Shown one piece after another: positions 1 to 7,550 of a DNA stretch of 33,260 nt. Source of the DNA: a virus (lineage: Duplodnaviria > Caudoviricetes); the IMG/VR virus record IMGVR_UViG_3300028629_000440, positions 1 through 33,260 of that record, one strand, 5' to 3'. The translations under genes and the position numbers were made by a program. Each line of letters opens with the position of its first letter. The first letter of the stretch is position 1. The notes beneath the pieces were generated by a model that had not been told where the DNA came from, did not search any database, and saw nothing but the letters and a program-made list of their open reading frames with translations.

Positions 1-24
1 GGGAGAGGTGGCGGGCTCAGTCAC
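1..24 (-). CDS. 5' end of a further array member (MTEPATSP...), runs off the window
   Basis: GTG at 24-22 overlaps the TGA of 21..563 (GTGA). The translation MTEPATSP matches the MTEPATRP start of 4576..5316. Confidence 0.6.
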
Positions 25-563
25 TGCGCACCTTCACCGTATATGGCCTTGCCCTCGCTGTCCCACCATCCCAGGAACTGGCTGCACGCGTTCTCCGCAG
101 CAGCGTCGTTCATCAGCCACCAAGCGCCGAAACTCTTGCCTGTTATGTCCTGTGCGGTGATGACCAGCACCAGGGTGCCGCCTCGATCTTCTTCACGCTG
201 GCAAGCATCAGCCAGGAGCGGCAATGTCCATCGGGCTCGAACGTCGCGGATGGCCTGGAGTACGATCCTTCGAGTCTCGGGGCTGGTCAGCAGCCTAGAG
301 ACCGCCGGCGCGGCCTGTGGCCCGGCAGCCACGAGTTGTTTGGCTATGTCGACGGGAACTCCACCGTAGGAGACCGAGCCCAAGGAACTTGCAGCGTTGA
401 GGTCCAGGCAAGTTCGATGGATTTCTTGTTCCCAATAACGGATCTTGAGCGGAGTCCACAGCCATATACCCAGCCCCACCACAGCTGCCACCAAGCCTAT
501 AGCGATGTAGAATCCGGCCAGGCTCCGCCCGTGCTTGGCTGGCTGGCTGACCGGTTCGTTCAC
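21..563 (-). CDS. membrane-anchored HEAT-like protein (leader family B)
   Basis: N-terminal KHGRSLAGFYIAIGLVAAVVGLGIWLWTP TM anchor, shared with 5925..6644. HEAT-like LVAAGPQAAPAVSRLL. GTGA-coupled to 560..1360. Confidence 0.75.
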   Translation of the reverse strand: MNEPVSQPAKHGRSLAGFYIAIGLVAAVVGLGIWLWTPLKIRYWEQEIHRTCLDLNAASSLGSVSYGGVPVDIAKQLVAAGPQAAPAVSRLLTSPETRRIVLQAIRDVRARWTLPLLADACQREEDRGGTLVLVITAQDITGKSFGAWWLMNDAAAENACSQFLGWWDSEGKAIYGEGAQ

Positions 564-1360
564 TTCGGTGGCTCCTCGCCCCTGATCTTCTTCAGCGCCT
601 CGGCGGCGGCGGAACTGACGGCTCTCTCCTCGTCCATCAGCATGGCCTCCACTGCCGGCCGGGCCCGGGGGTCGCCGCTGTCGGCCAGCGCCTCGATGGC
701 CGCGCAGCGAGCGGCTATGCTCTCGGCCTCAAGCGCTCTGACCAGGCAGGGAACGGCAGCCCTGGGGATGCTGGGCACAGGCCGGACCCGTAGTAACGCC
801 ACGAGGCCCTCACCGACGTCCCAGCGCAGCACCTCATCGCCGATCTCCTGGTCAGACGTTACCCGGAGCAGTCCAGCGAGAGTCCGGGTGTATAGTTCCG
901 GGTCAAGCCAGGGATGCTGCCCGTCAGGATGGCGGGTACGCAGGTCGCCAAGCCCCCAGCAGGAGACGGCCCTGAGTATCTCGGCATCCCGGCTCTCAAG
1001 GAGCCTGGGTACGACGAGGGCGCCGGGACGCCCACAGGCGAAGAGCAGAAACGCGGCCTCGTCGGCTTCGTCAGTCGGCACACAGATGATGGGCTTGTGC
1101 CGCCAACTCTTGGGCATCCGCAGATAGAGCGCCAAGCGCCTGGCGGCCCTCTCTTGGCCGCCCAGGCGTTCTACGGCCGTCGACTCGTCAATCCCCTGGG
1201 TCGCGTAGGCGGTCACAATCGTCTTGGTCTGCCACACCGGCACCACCACCGCGCCGACGAACCATGCCAGGCTGAGGGCCAGGAGGATGGCCGCCGTCCA
1301 CGCCGCCATCGGCCGCCAGGTGCGGAGGGGCGGGGTGGGATGGGCGGCAGACGAGGTCAC
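560..1360 (-). CDS. membrane-anchored HEAT/PBS-lyase repeat protein (leader family A)
   Basis: Leader PLRTWRPMAAWTAAILLALSLAWFVGAVVVPVWQ. HEAT repeats AVPCLVRALE..ARCAAIEALA. C-tail AAAEALKKIRGEEPPK. Confidence 0.85.
   Translation of the reverse strand: MTSSAAHPTPPLRTWRPMAAWTAAILLALSLAWFVGAVVVPVWQTKTIVTAYATQGIDESTAVERLGGQERAARRLALYLRMPKSWRHKPIICVPTDEADEAAFLLFACGRPGALVVPRLLESRDAEILRAVSCWGLGDLRTRHPDGQHPWLDPELYTRTLAGLLRVTSDQEIGDEVLRWDVGEGLVALLRVRPVPSIPRAAVPCLVRALEAESIAARCAAIEALADSGDPRARPAVEAMLMDEERAVSSAAAEALKKIRGEEPPK
1229..1335 (-). repeat. leader cassette A, copy 1 (others 3173-3279, 4451-4554, 5203-5295)
   Basis: Near-identical DNA, e.g. ccacaccggcac.accaccgc.cc.acgaacca...cgccgccatcgg.cgccaggtgcgg, in four genes. 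Confidence 0.95.
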
Positions 1361-2322
1361 TTCGCTTTGTCCCTATCTACGACCAGACGCGTGCGCGCCC
1401 AACTCCTGTCCTTCTCGGTCGTTTGCGGGTCCTCCCGGACGGCCTCGGCGATCCTGGTTGCCATCGACCTAGCCCGAGCTCTCTCGTCTTCCGGCCGCTC
1501 AGGATCGGAAGCCAGCCGGTCGAGCTTTTCGGCGGTTCCGCGGCCGTACCCGGCAATATTCGCGACCGCCATAAGTCGATACTTCTCGTCCACGTTCTTG
1601 GAAATCAGCAGTTCCACGTAGTGGTTGGTGCCGTGCTCAACATCAATGGCGTAGATGCTGTGGACGATATGCTGCCGCGACACAGACACAGGCGCGGTGC
1701 CGATGAGTTCTACGAGGATCGGAACCACCTTGGGGCTGGCCTTCTTCATGGCAATCTCGAACATGCCCATACTAGCTGGCGGACAGCCTGACGACCGGGC
1801 GTCGCTTTCGCAGCGCTGATAGACTCTCAATACCTCAGCCCTGGTTACCTCGCGAAGTTCCCAAGGGTTGGCCTTCTCGGCCTGGCCAGTCATACTCGCT
1901 GCGGCAGGCTCCTTGCCCGGCGCTTGGCCCACAAGGCCCAACAGCTCGTCGGCATTCTCAACCAGCCACCTCCTGCCGCGAAAACTAACGGGCTGGTGGA
2001 ATGACCTAGTCTGGGGGTTAGCGTGAACGACCAGGAACTCTCCCTCGGTCGTTGTGGTTTCAAACACCAAACTGCACTTGAGGTCGGGCCCAACGTCGCC
2101 GGCAGGCGCTTCCAGCAGACACAGGCTAAAGGCCTTGATGGGCGTGATCGTCTTGGTAGATGGGCCGCCAGGGGATTCGAGGTCGCGAATCTTGATGTTG
2201 GTCAGGTCCACGGCCAGCCGCGCTCTTGCCGGAGGTTGACTCGACTTCTGAACGGGTTTGCCGCCATCGCCGCAGCCCGCCAGGACGGCGGCCGCCAGCA
2301 GGACCGGAAATGACCGTCTCAC
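1357..2322 (-). CDS. putative lipoprotein with C-terminal HEAT-like helices
   Basis: Signal peptide with lipobox LAGC. GGGAG upstream of the GTG start. The stop overlaps the GTG of 560..1360. Confidence 0.75.
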   Translation of the reverse strand: MRRSFPVLLAAAVLAGCGDGGKPVQKSSQPPARARLAVDLTNIKIRDLESPGGPSTKTITPIKAFSLCLLEAPAGDVGPDLKCSLVFETTTTEGEFLVVHANPQTRSFHQPVSFRGRRWLVENADELLGLVGQAPGKEPAAASMTGQAEKANPWELREVTRAEVLRVYQRCESDARSSGCPPASMGMFEIAMKKASPKVVPILVELIGTAPVSVSRQHIVHSIYAIDVEHGTNHYVELLISKNVDEKYRLMAVANIAGYGRGTAEKLDRLASDPERPEDERARARSMATRIAEAVREDPQTTEKDRSWARTRLVVDRDKAK

Positions 2323-2360
2323 CGCCGATGCTCCCTTCAGTAGCAGCCCCGCCGTCCTTT

Positions 2361-2388
2361 ATTCTCCCCGCCCCCGCGCCCGGCGCAA
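2361..2388 (-). promoter_or_regulatory. repeated sigma70-like promoter motif, copy 1
   Basis: Minus strand TTGCGC-N16-GAGAAT with spacer CGGGCGCGGGGGCGGG. Near-identical copies at 3905-3933 and 6651-6678. Confidence 0.55.
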
Positions 2389-2431
2389 GGCCAGGGGTGG
2401 CCCACATCCCCGCCTCCTCGCCACTCAGTCG

Positions 2432-3307
2432 TTACGGCTGAGGCCTGTCGGGCTCGGCCTGGGCTTTGGCATTCTTTTCGAGGTGATCGAGCACCCACTC
2501 GGCGGCCCGGCGGACCTCTGCGTCCGGATCAGAGGCTTTGAGCCGCTCGATAGCCTGAACGGTTTGGGGAGGGACGTTCTCGGCGTAGCCAACGCCCTCC
2601 GTCGCAGCCCGCCGTACCCAGGGCGAAGGATCGGCCAGCAACTGCGCGAGAGCCCGGAGCACACCGGGATTGTCGGTCGTGCAGAAGGTATCTCCAACGG
2701 GCCACGCGGCGCTGGCGGCATACGCCCGAACCTTCTCATCCGGATCGGCCATGAGCGCCACGAGGGTCTCAGTGATATCGTGGCGAGGAGCGGCACCGTC
2801 CATCCTCCGTCTTGCCTCCATGCTGGTGAGCTCGAAGGCCACCTCGGAGCGTACAAACGGTGACTTGTCGGCGGCACCGGCAAGGCCGGAGCGAAAGCGG
2901 CACTCGTCGCCCTCGGCATGGCGCAGGATGCCAACATAGGCTTGTGCGCGAACCTCCTCATCGGCCGAGCAGCTCAGTTCAAGAAGCGACGCCAGACCAG
3001 GCGTTCCATAGCAGCCGAGAGCGACGATGGCTGGTAACTTGTGACGTGCTACGAAGCTGGGTAGCCGCAGGTAGAGGCGGATTTTGCGCGTCGCTTCGCT
3101 TGGGTCGCCGAGCTCGTTAGTCGGCGTCCGCACCTCATGCACCATTTCATAGGTCGCCGCCAATCGATGCACCTGCCACACCGGCACGACCACCGCCCCG
3201 ACGAACCACACCAGCCCCAGCACCAGCAGGATGCCGGCGGACCACGCCGCCATCGGCCGCCAGGTGCGGAGGGGCGGGGCGGCGGGTCGGTCAGTGGGCG
3301 TGTTCAC
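2432..3307 (-). CDS. membrane-anchored HEAT repeat protein (leader family A)
   Basis: Leader A. Several HEAT repeats (LMADPDEKVRAYAA, LLADPSPWVRRAA, DPDAEVRRAAEWVL). Confidence 0.88.
   Translation of the reverse strand: MNTPTDRPAAPPLRTWRPMAAWSAGILLVLGLVWFVGAVVVPVWQVHRLAATYEMVHEVRTPTNELGDPSEATRKIRLYLRLPSFVARHKLPAIVALGCYGTPGLASLLELSCSADEEVRAQAYVGILRHAEGDECRFRSGLAGAADKSPFVRSEVAFELTSMEARRRMDGAAPRHDITETLVALMADPDEKVRAYAASAAWPVGDTFCTTDNPGVLRALAQLLADPSPWVRRAATEGVGYAENVPPQTVQAIERLKASDPDAEVRRAAEWVLDHLEKNAKAQAEPDRPQP
3173..3279 (-). repeat. leader cassette A, copy 2
   Basis: 107 nt, collinear with 1229-1335. Confidence 0.95.
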
Positions 3308-3322
3308 TGATCAGCTTCTCCT

Positions 3323-3898
3323 CTATTGCGGCTTCTTGGAGCCGTACAGTGTCTTCGCCTTTGCCGCCAAAGCGCGAACCTCCGGATCCTTGTCATTCAG
3401 AGCAAGGTGATCCAGAACCTGCGGCACATCACCCATGGCATTCGGCGTCTTGTCAGAATTGCTCATGGCAAACACCAGGATGGCCATGGCAGCATCCTCT
3501 ATGCCGCGCTCCAATAGGCCAACGGCTTCGCGCAGTCCCGCCTTGCCGCAGTATCCGAGAAGCATACCTGCGAGTAATCGATGGTCGCGATTGTCAACCA
3601 GTGTTCCACTCGTGGCGGTCGATTTGGGGCACTCAAGAAAGCGCCGCAACTTCGTTGCTCCAACATCAGGGCCTCCCAAGCGCTCGATGTATGGGCCTGC
3701 ATCCTTGGGAGTAGATACATAGCTGGACCGGAATCCAGATTGAAGGAAATCTTCGGTTATGGCCCTGACGTCCATCACTGCGTCGCCTGGAACGTGGTGC
3801 TGCTCCTGGACTTGCCCCCGACAGCCGGCGAAGCCCAAGGTGACAGCGATGGCGGCAGCGGCGAGAATCATGCGGCGCATAGGCGCGGTCCTCCTCAC
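3323..3898 (-). CDS. putative lipoprotein with C-terminal HEAT repeat
   Basis: Lipobox-like FAGC after a hydrophobic stretch. C-terminal DKDPEVRALAAKA. The segment IERLGGPDVGATKLRRFL resembles the family-A body. Confidence 0.75.
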   Translation of the reverse strand: MRRTAPMRRMILAAAAIAVTLGFAGCRGQVQEQHHVPGDAVMDVRAITEDFLQSGFRSSYVSTPKDAGPYIERLGGPDVGATKLRRFLECPKSTATSGTLVDNRDHRLLAGMLLGYCGKAGLREAVGLLERGIEDAAMAILVFAMSNSDKTPNAMGDVPQVLDHLALNDKDPEVRALAAKAKTLYGSKKPQ

Positions 3899-3904
3899 GC
3901 CGTC

Positions 3905-3933
3905 AGCTTACCCCGCCCCCGCGGCCGGTGCAA
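3905..3933 (-). promoter_or_regulatory. repeated promoter motif, copy 2
   Basis: Minus strand TTGCAC-N17-TAAGCT, 6 nt upstream of the GTG at 3898. Confidence 0.55.
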
Positions 3934-3946
3934 GGGCGCTGGTGGC

Positions 3947-4579
3947 CTACTTCCCTGCCTCCGAGCCCCGGATATGCCGGAGTGCAGCCTTCGCAGAGTA
4001 TGCCGCATCGGGGTCTTTGTCCCCTAGCATCTTTTCCAGGGCCAGGATGGCGGAACCGGCATTTGGTCCGATGTCTCCCAAAGTGGTGGCCGCAGCCGCA
4101 CGAACCTTTCCGGAGTCATCCTCCAATGCCATCAACAGCACCGGAACGATCTCCTGCGGAAGACTGGGACGCGGCGGCTGTTCAAAGTTCATCAGGGCCA
4201 GCCCGAAGACGGCGTTAAGGCGCACTTCGGGGCTCTTGCTTTTCAGAGATCGCTTTAGCACCGGGACTGCCTGTTCACCGCATTTCCCCAACAGGACCAC
4301 TGCGCCGTGTCTTCTTGGGGCCACCCAGTCAGGCATATCGAGGTAAAGCGAAAGTCTTCTCAACGCTTGTTCCTTGCCGCCCAACTTCACAATGGCCTCC
4401 TCATTGGTGAGAGCACTGGAATCACATTCCCCCAGGACCTTACGGGTCTTCCACACCGGCACGACCACCGCGCCTACGAACCATGCCAGGCCGAGGGCCA
4501 GGAGGATGCCCGCCGTCCCCGCCGCCATCGGCCGCCAGGTGCGGGGAGGAGGGGCAGGATGGCCTGCTGGCTCGGTCAC
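3947..4579 (-). CDS. membrane-anchored HEAT repeat protein (leader family A)
   Basis: Leader A. HEAT repeats AVPVLKRSLKSKSPEVRLNA and VPVLLMALEDDSGKVRAAAATTLG. Tail KAALRHIRGSEAGK. Confidence 0.88.
   Translation of the reverse strand: MTEPAGHPAPPPRTWRPMAAGTAGILLALGLAWFVGAVVVPVWKTRKVLGECDSSALTNEEAIVKLGGKEQALRRLSLYLDMPDWVAPRRHGAVVLLGKCGEQAVPVLKRSLKSKSPEVRLNAVFGLALMNFEQPPRPSLPQEIVPVLLMALEDDSGKVRAAAATTLGDIGPNAGSAILALEKMLGDKDPDAAYSAKAALRHIRGSEAGK
4451..4554 (-). repeat. leader cassette A, copy 3
   Basis: Collinear with copies 1 and 2. Confidence 0.93.
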
Positions 4580-5316
4580 TTCGGCAACTCCGCAGCGCGT
4601 ATCCCTTCAAGCGCCTTGGCGGCGAGCCTACGGACGTCCTGATCCGGGTCACTGAGAGCCGCGGTCAGGCTAGTGATGACCGGCTCGGCCTTGGCTCCCA
4701 TTCTTGACAGCTCAGCTGCGGCATCCCTGCGCACCACCGTATGGTCATCATGCAGCAGCTTGCTAAGGCTGATGATGGCAGCTTCGGTCTCATAGCGGAA
4801 CCGCCTGGAGGGCATTGCCGCCGCATGTCGCACCTCCCAATTGGGGTCCTCCAGCGCCTTCGGCAGCGCCGCCGCAGCCCCGCTGTCGCTTTCGGCCGTA
4901 TTCTTCATGGCGAGAATCGCGATGACCCTGACATGCCAGTTGGCGTCCTGGAGCAGTTCCGCGAGCTTAGGCAGAGCGTATCCATCGCAGGAGGACCCGA
5001 GCATGACGACAGCGGATTCTCGATGCTTGGTCATCCACACAGGTAGTGCCAGATAGATGCCAAGAAGCCTTGCAGCCCGCTCGGGTCCGCCCAAGCGAGC
5101 CACTTCCCTGGGCGCGACCTCACTGACAAGAGAAACCTGGTCTGAGGAAGGCGACTCAACTTCGGCTGCGCAACGCCCGACGGCCGCGCGCACTTGGAGC
5201 AGCGGCACCACCACCGCCCCGACGAACCAGGCCAGGCCGAGGGCCAACAGTATCCCCGCCGTCCACGCCGCCATCGGGCGCCAGGTGCGGAGGGGTCTGG
5301 TGGCCGGCTCGGTCAC
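4576..5316 (-). CDS. membrane-anchored HEAT repeat protein (leader family A)
   Basis: Leader A. About four HEAT repeats (LLQDANWHVR, LEDPNWEVR, LLHDDHTVVR, LSDPDQDVR). Tail ALEGIRAAELPK. Confidence 0.88.
   Translation of the reverse strand: MTEPATRPLRTWRPMAAWTAGILLALGLAWFVGAVVVPLLQVRAAVGRCAAEVESPSSDQVSLVSEVAPREVARLGGPERAARLLGIYLALPVWMTKHRESAVVMLGSSCDGYALPKLAELLQDANWHVRVIAILAMKNTAESDSGAAAALPKALEDPNWEVRHAAAMPSRRFRYETEAAIISLSKLLHDDHTVVRRDAAAELSRMGAKAEPVITSLTAALSDPDQDVRRLAAKALEGIRAAELPK
5203..5295 (-). repeat. leader cassette A, copy 4
   Basis: Collinear with the other copies. Confidence 0.93.
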
Positions 5317-5360
5317 TTCGGCGGCTCCTCGCTCGGATCTCTTTCAGCGTTTCGGCAGCG
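5313..5360 (-). pseudogene. frameshifted remnant of the HEAT-gene C-terminal tail
   Basis: 40/49 identical (1 gap, hand alignment) to 560-608. Reads AAETLKEIR/-1 nt/EEPPK*. Confidence 0.7.
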
Positions 5361-5907
5361 CGACGATCTGAACCTCTACCCGAGGAGATCGCAGTTGATC
5401 CTTGCCTTGAACATGCCAGAACTCAACCCAATAGCTGCCGGGGGCAAGCTCAGGGCTGAACATATAGAGCGTGTAGTCGAAGCTCAAGACGCCCCCGGGC
5501 TTAAGCTTCTGGACACAGCGCTTCACGGCCTCGGGAGGAGGCGGCGGGGTCGGCGGGGGAGTCAGGATGTGGTCCTCCGCGTCCGCGTCCTTGGTTCGAT
5601 ACACTTTGAGAGAGAGCACCGGAGAGCCCAGGGGGAATGTATTCACGTCCACCGACTCCTGCCCCACATTCTTGAGCAGGCCGGTAAGCTTGAGATCGTG
5701 CTGTGACGCCGCCCGTCTCACCTTGGCCTCAATGCCAGCCTGGAGGCCACCAACCGCCTTGGCCCATTGCGAAGCCCCACCGGTGGCTTGATTCGTCTGC
5801 GGTGGCAGAGGTTGGGTCGCGGGGGCCGCATCCTTGCCGCATCCCGACATCAAGAGAAGCAGGGCAGACAGGCAGGCCACGGAATATTCCCCGATGTGGG
5901 CGCTCAC
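5344..5907 (-). CDS. putative lipoprotein, beta-rich (Ig-like) domain
   Basis: LLLMSGC lipobox-like motif. GGAGG upstream of GTG. WAKAVGGLQAGI... beta-strand pattern and ...LAPGSYWV... Confidence 0.75.
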   Translation of the reverse strand: MSAHIGEYSVACLSALLLLMSGCGKDAAPATQPLPPQTNQATGGASQWAKAVGGLQAGIEAKVRRAASQHDLKLTGLLKNVGQESVDVNTFPLGSPVLSLKVYRTKDADAEDHILTPPPTPPPPPEAVKRCVQKLKPGGVLSFDYTLYMFSPELAPGSYWVEFWHVQGKDQLRSPRVEVQIVALPKR

Positions 5908-5924
5908 TCCGCACCTCCGGTTTC

Positions 5925-6644
5925 CTAGATTCCTGTCTTTACGCCCGCTTCTATCAGCTCGATTAACCGCGAGGCGTTCTCTCCGGAACGCAACTTTTCC
6001 CTAAGGAAGGGAAGTGCCACACGGCCGCAGATCACCACAGCATCGCCAGCTAACAACGACGCGCCACCGTCCCATCCTGCTTCCGGGGCGAAACGGAGGT
6101 CAACCAGGATCCTGGCGGCCTCCGGTGTCCCGATATCCGCCAGCCGATACAGAATGAGGTTCCTCGACTCGTAGTATGGGTTGACCCATTGCAGCCGGCC
6201 CTGGTCTTCCGGTTCAGCGTCCGATCTCTTTTGGCAGGCCCAGAAGAGCCGCTCCAGATCCTCAGGGGCATTGACCACCCCTAACCAGGTCCTCATTCGT
6301 TCGTTGACCAGACTCCAGTAGTCCTGGTACGACTTGTACTCCTGCGGGTCCAGCTCCAAAGTGACAATTGCCGCCAGGTAGTCATCGGCGCTCTGCACTG
6401 AGACACGGGCAGAGCCTTTCTTGTGCGTACTGGTGGCCACCTGCCAGTCGCGGTATCGGGTCCTCATCGGCGCCCACTGCCAGACGCCTAGCCCAACCAG
6501 CGCCGCCACCACGCCCAAGGCGATATAGAAGCCCACCAGGCTCTTGCCGTGCCTGACGGGTTCCAGCTTGCGCGTTGGCCTCGGCTCGACCGCCGGCATA
6601 TCCTTGGTCGTGGCGGTGCCGTTGATAGGCTTCTCGGCGCTCAT
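5925..6644 (-). CDS. membrane-anchored protein with HEAT-like C-terminus (leader family B)
   Basis: RHGKSLVGFYIALGVVAALVGLGVWQWAP anchor, shared with 21..563. HEAT-like LADIGTPEAARILV. Confidence 0.78.
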   Translation of the reverse strand: MSAEKPINGTATTKDMPAVEPRPTRKLEPVRHGKSLVGFYIALGVVAALVGLGVWQWAPMRTRYRDWQVATSTHKKGSARVSVQSADDYLAAIVTLELDPQEYKSYQDYWSLVNERMRTWLGVVNAPEDLERLFWACQKRSDAEPEDQGRLQWVNPYYESRNLILYRLADIGTPEAARILVDLRFAPEAGWDGGASLLAGDAVVICGRVALPFLREKLRSGENASRLIELIEAGVKTGI

Positions 6645-6650
6645 GTCCTC

Positions 6651-6678
6651 ATTTTCCCCGCCCCCGCGCCGGGTGCAA
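6651..6678 (-). promoter_or_regulatory. repeated promoter motif, copy 3
   Basis: Minus strand TTGCAC-N16-GAAAAT, 6 nt upstream of the ATG at 6644. Confidence 0.55.
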
Positions 6679-6969
6679 TAGCAGGGCCGGCCTACTTCCT
6701 ATATTCGAGCTGACGTGACTTCTCTTTCAGGAAAACTGCGAGGGCGGCCCCCGCCGCCAGTTCGAACCGGTTACACTCGGCCCGCTGGCGTAACGCGGTT
6801 GTTAAATCTGAGGGGGGTATTAAACAGAGATTCAGAGAGTTCGAGAGCGAATTCTCGGGCATCGGGTGAAACCATGATGGTTTCGCCCGCACCCCGGGCG
6901 CTCTCTTTCGAACCAGAGATTTCGGCCTTTCCGGCGATGTCGGTAGCGCCCTCCGTAGAGAGGGATACG

Positions 6970-7000
6970 AAAAGGCCCCGGACTCTCGCCGCGGGGCTTT
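6970..7000 (-). terminator. intrinsic terminator downstream of the tRNA remnant (possibly bidirectional)
   Basis: Minus strand AAAGCCCCG-CGGCGAGAGTC-CGGGGCCTTTT: GC stem followed by a T run. Confidence 0.65.
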
Positions 7001-7041
7001 GCGTTAACGGATTCGACCGCCCTGGTCGGTAGTTTTTAAGT

Positions 7042-7087
7042 TGGCTCCCCATGTCGGCTCCGAACCAATGGCCTACTGGTTAACAGC
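7042..7087 (-). pseudogene. 3' half of tRNA-Asn(GTT), probable attachment-site duplication
   Basis: Minus strand GCTGTTAACCAGTAGGCCATTGGTTCGGAGCCGACATGGGGAGCCA: anticodon loop CTGTTAA, GGTTCG T-loop, GGA-G-CCA end. No 5' half upstream, and the T-stem is imperfect. Confidence 0.75.
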
Positions 7088-7209
7088 GGGCACATGAATC
7101 TAATCCGGCATTGGCCGCGATCCATAGCCCTCGAGTCATCCGTCCGCCCGCAATCGCTGCCGGGAGCCGTTGACATTTCTTCGTTCCAGAGGGAGCGCAT
7201 CAAATCCAC

Positions 7210-7271
7210 TTGGGGCGCTATTGGGGCCGACTTGAGGGCCTCATAGGGCTTCCCTCGCCCAGTTCATGCTC
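7210..7271 (+). repeat. module-boundary repeat, R arm
   Basis: 50/62 identical, ungapped, to 9072-9133. Confidence 0.9.
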
Positions 7272-7550
7272 AGTACCCGATTTTAGCACTGCCTTCGTCC
7301 TGGCAATCGTCGACCTCGTTCTGCTGCCGATGCTATCTAGACGATGAGGGGGTGGCATGATCCCAAGCGAACCACAAGATCAGCCGCGTCGTCCCACACG
7401 CATGGCACTCGCCCGCCGCTCACTTGAAATCACTCTCATACTTGATTATAAGCCCACTTGCCCGATAGGTGGTTGGTGGATAGCCGCGAGCATGCGTGGA
7501 GTCTAGATGGACCTAACCATTGGGGAGTGGCGACCAGGAGGGAGACTAAC

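Noticed and set aside
1229-5295. Leader repeats as a CRISPR array or DGR template/variable repeats
   Set aside because: The repeats are ~105 bp, coding and about 0.7-1.9 kb apart. Differences are not adenine-specific, and no cas or reverse transcriptase gene is present.
6715-7052. ORFs 6715..7032 (+), 6771..7052 (-) and 6692..6892 (-) as real genes
   Set aside because: No RBS or motif support, and they overlap the terminator and att remnant. At most a pseudogene fragment.
7042-7120. Functional tRNA-Asn
   Set aside because: No acceptor 5' strand or D-arm upstream of the anticodon loop, and the T-stem is mismatched.
7134-7157. Short matches (agtcat...cgcaatcgc) to 20605-20633, upstream of the L arm
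   Set aside because: Out of register with the core and short enough to be chance in GC-rich DNA.
7424-7452. TTGAAA-N17-TATAAG promoter for 7551..8279
   Set aside because: Plausible, but it lacks the conserved final T of the -10 box. Too weak to list.
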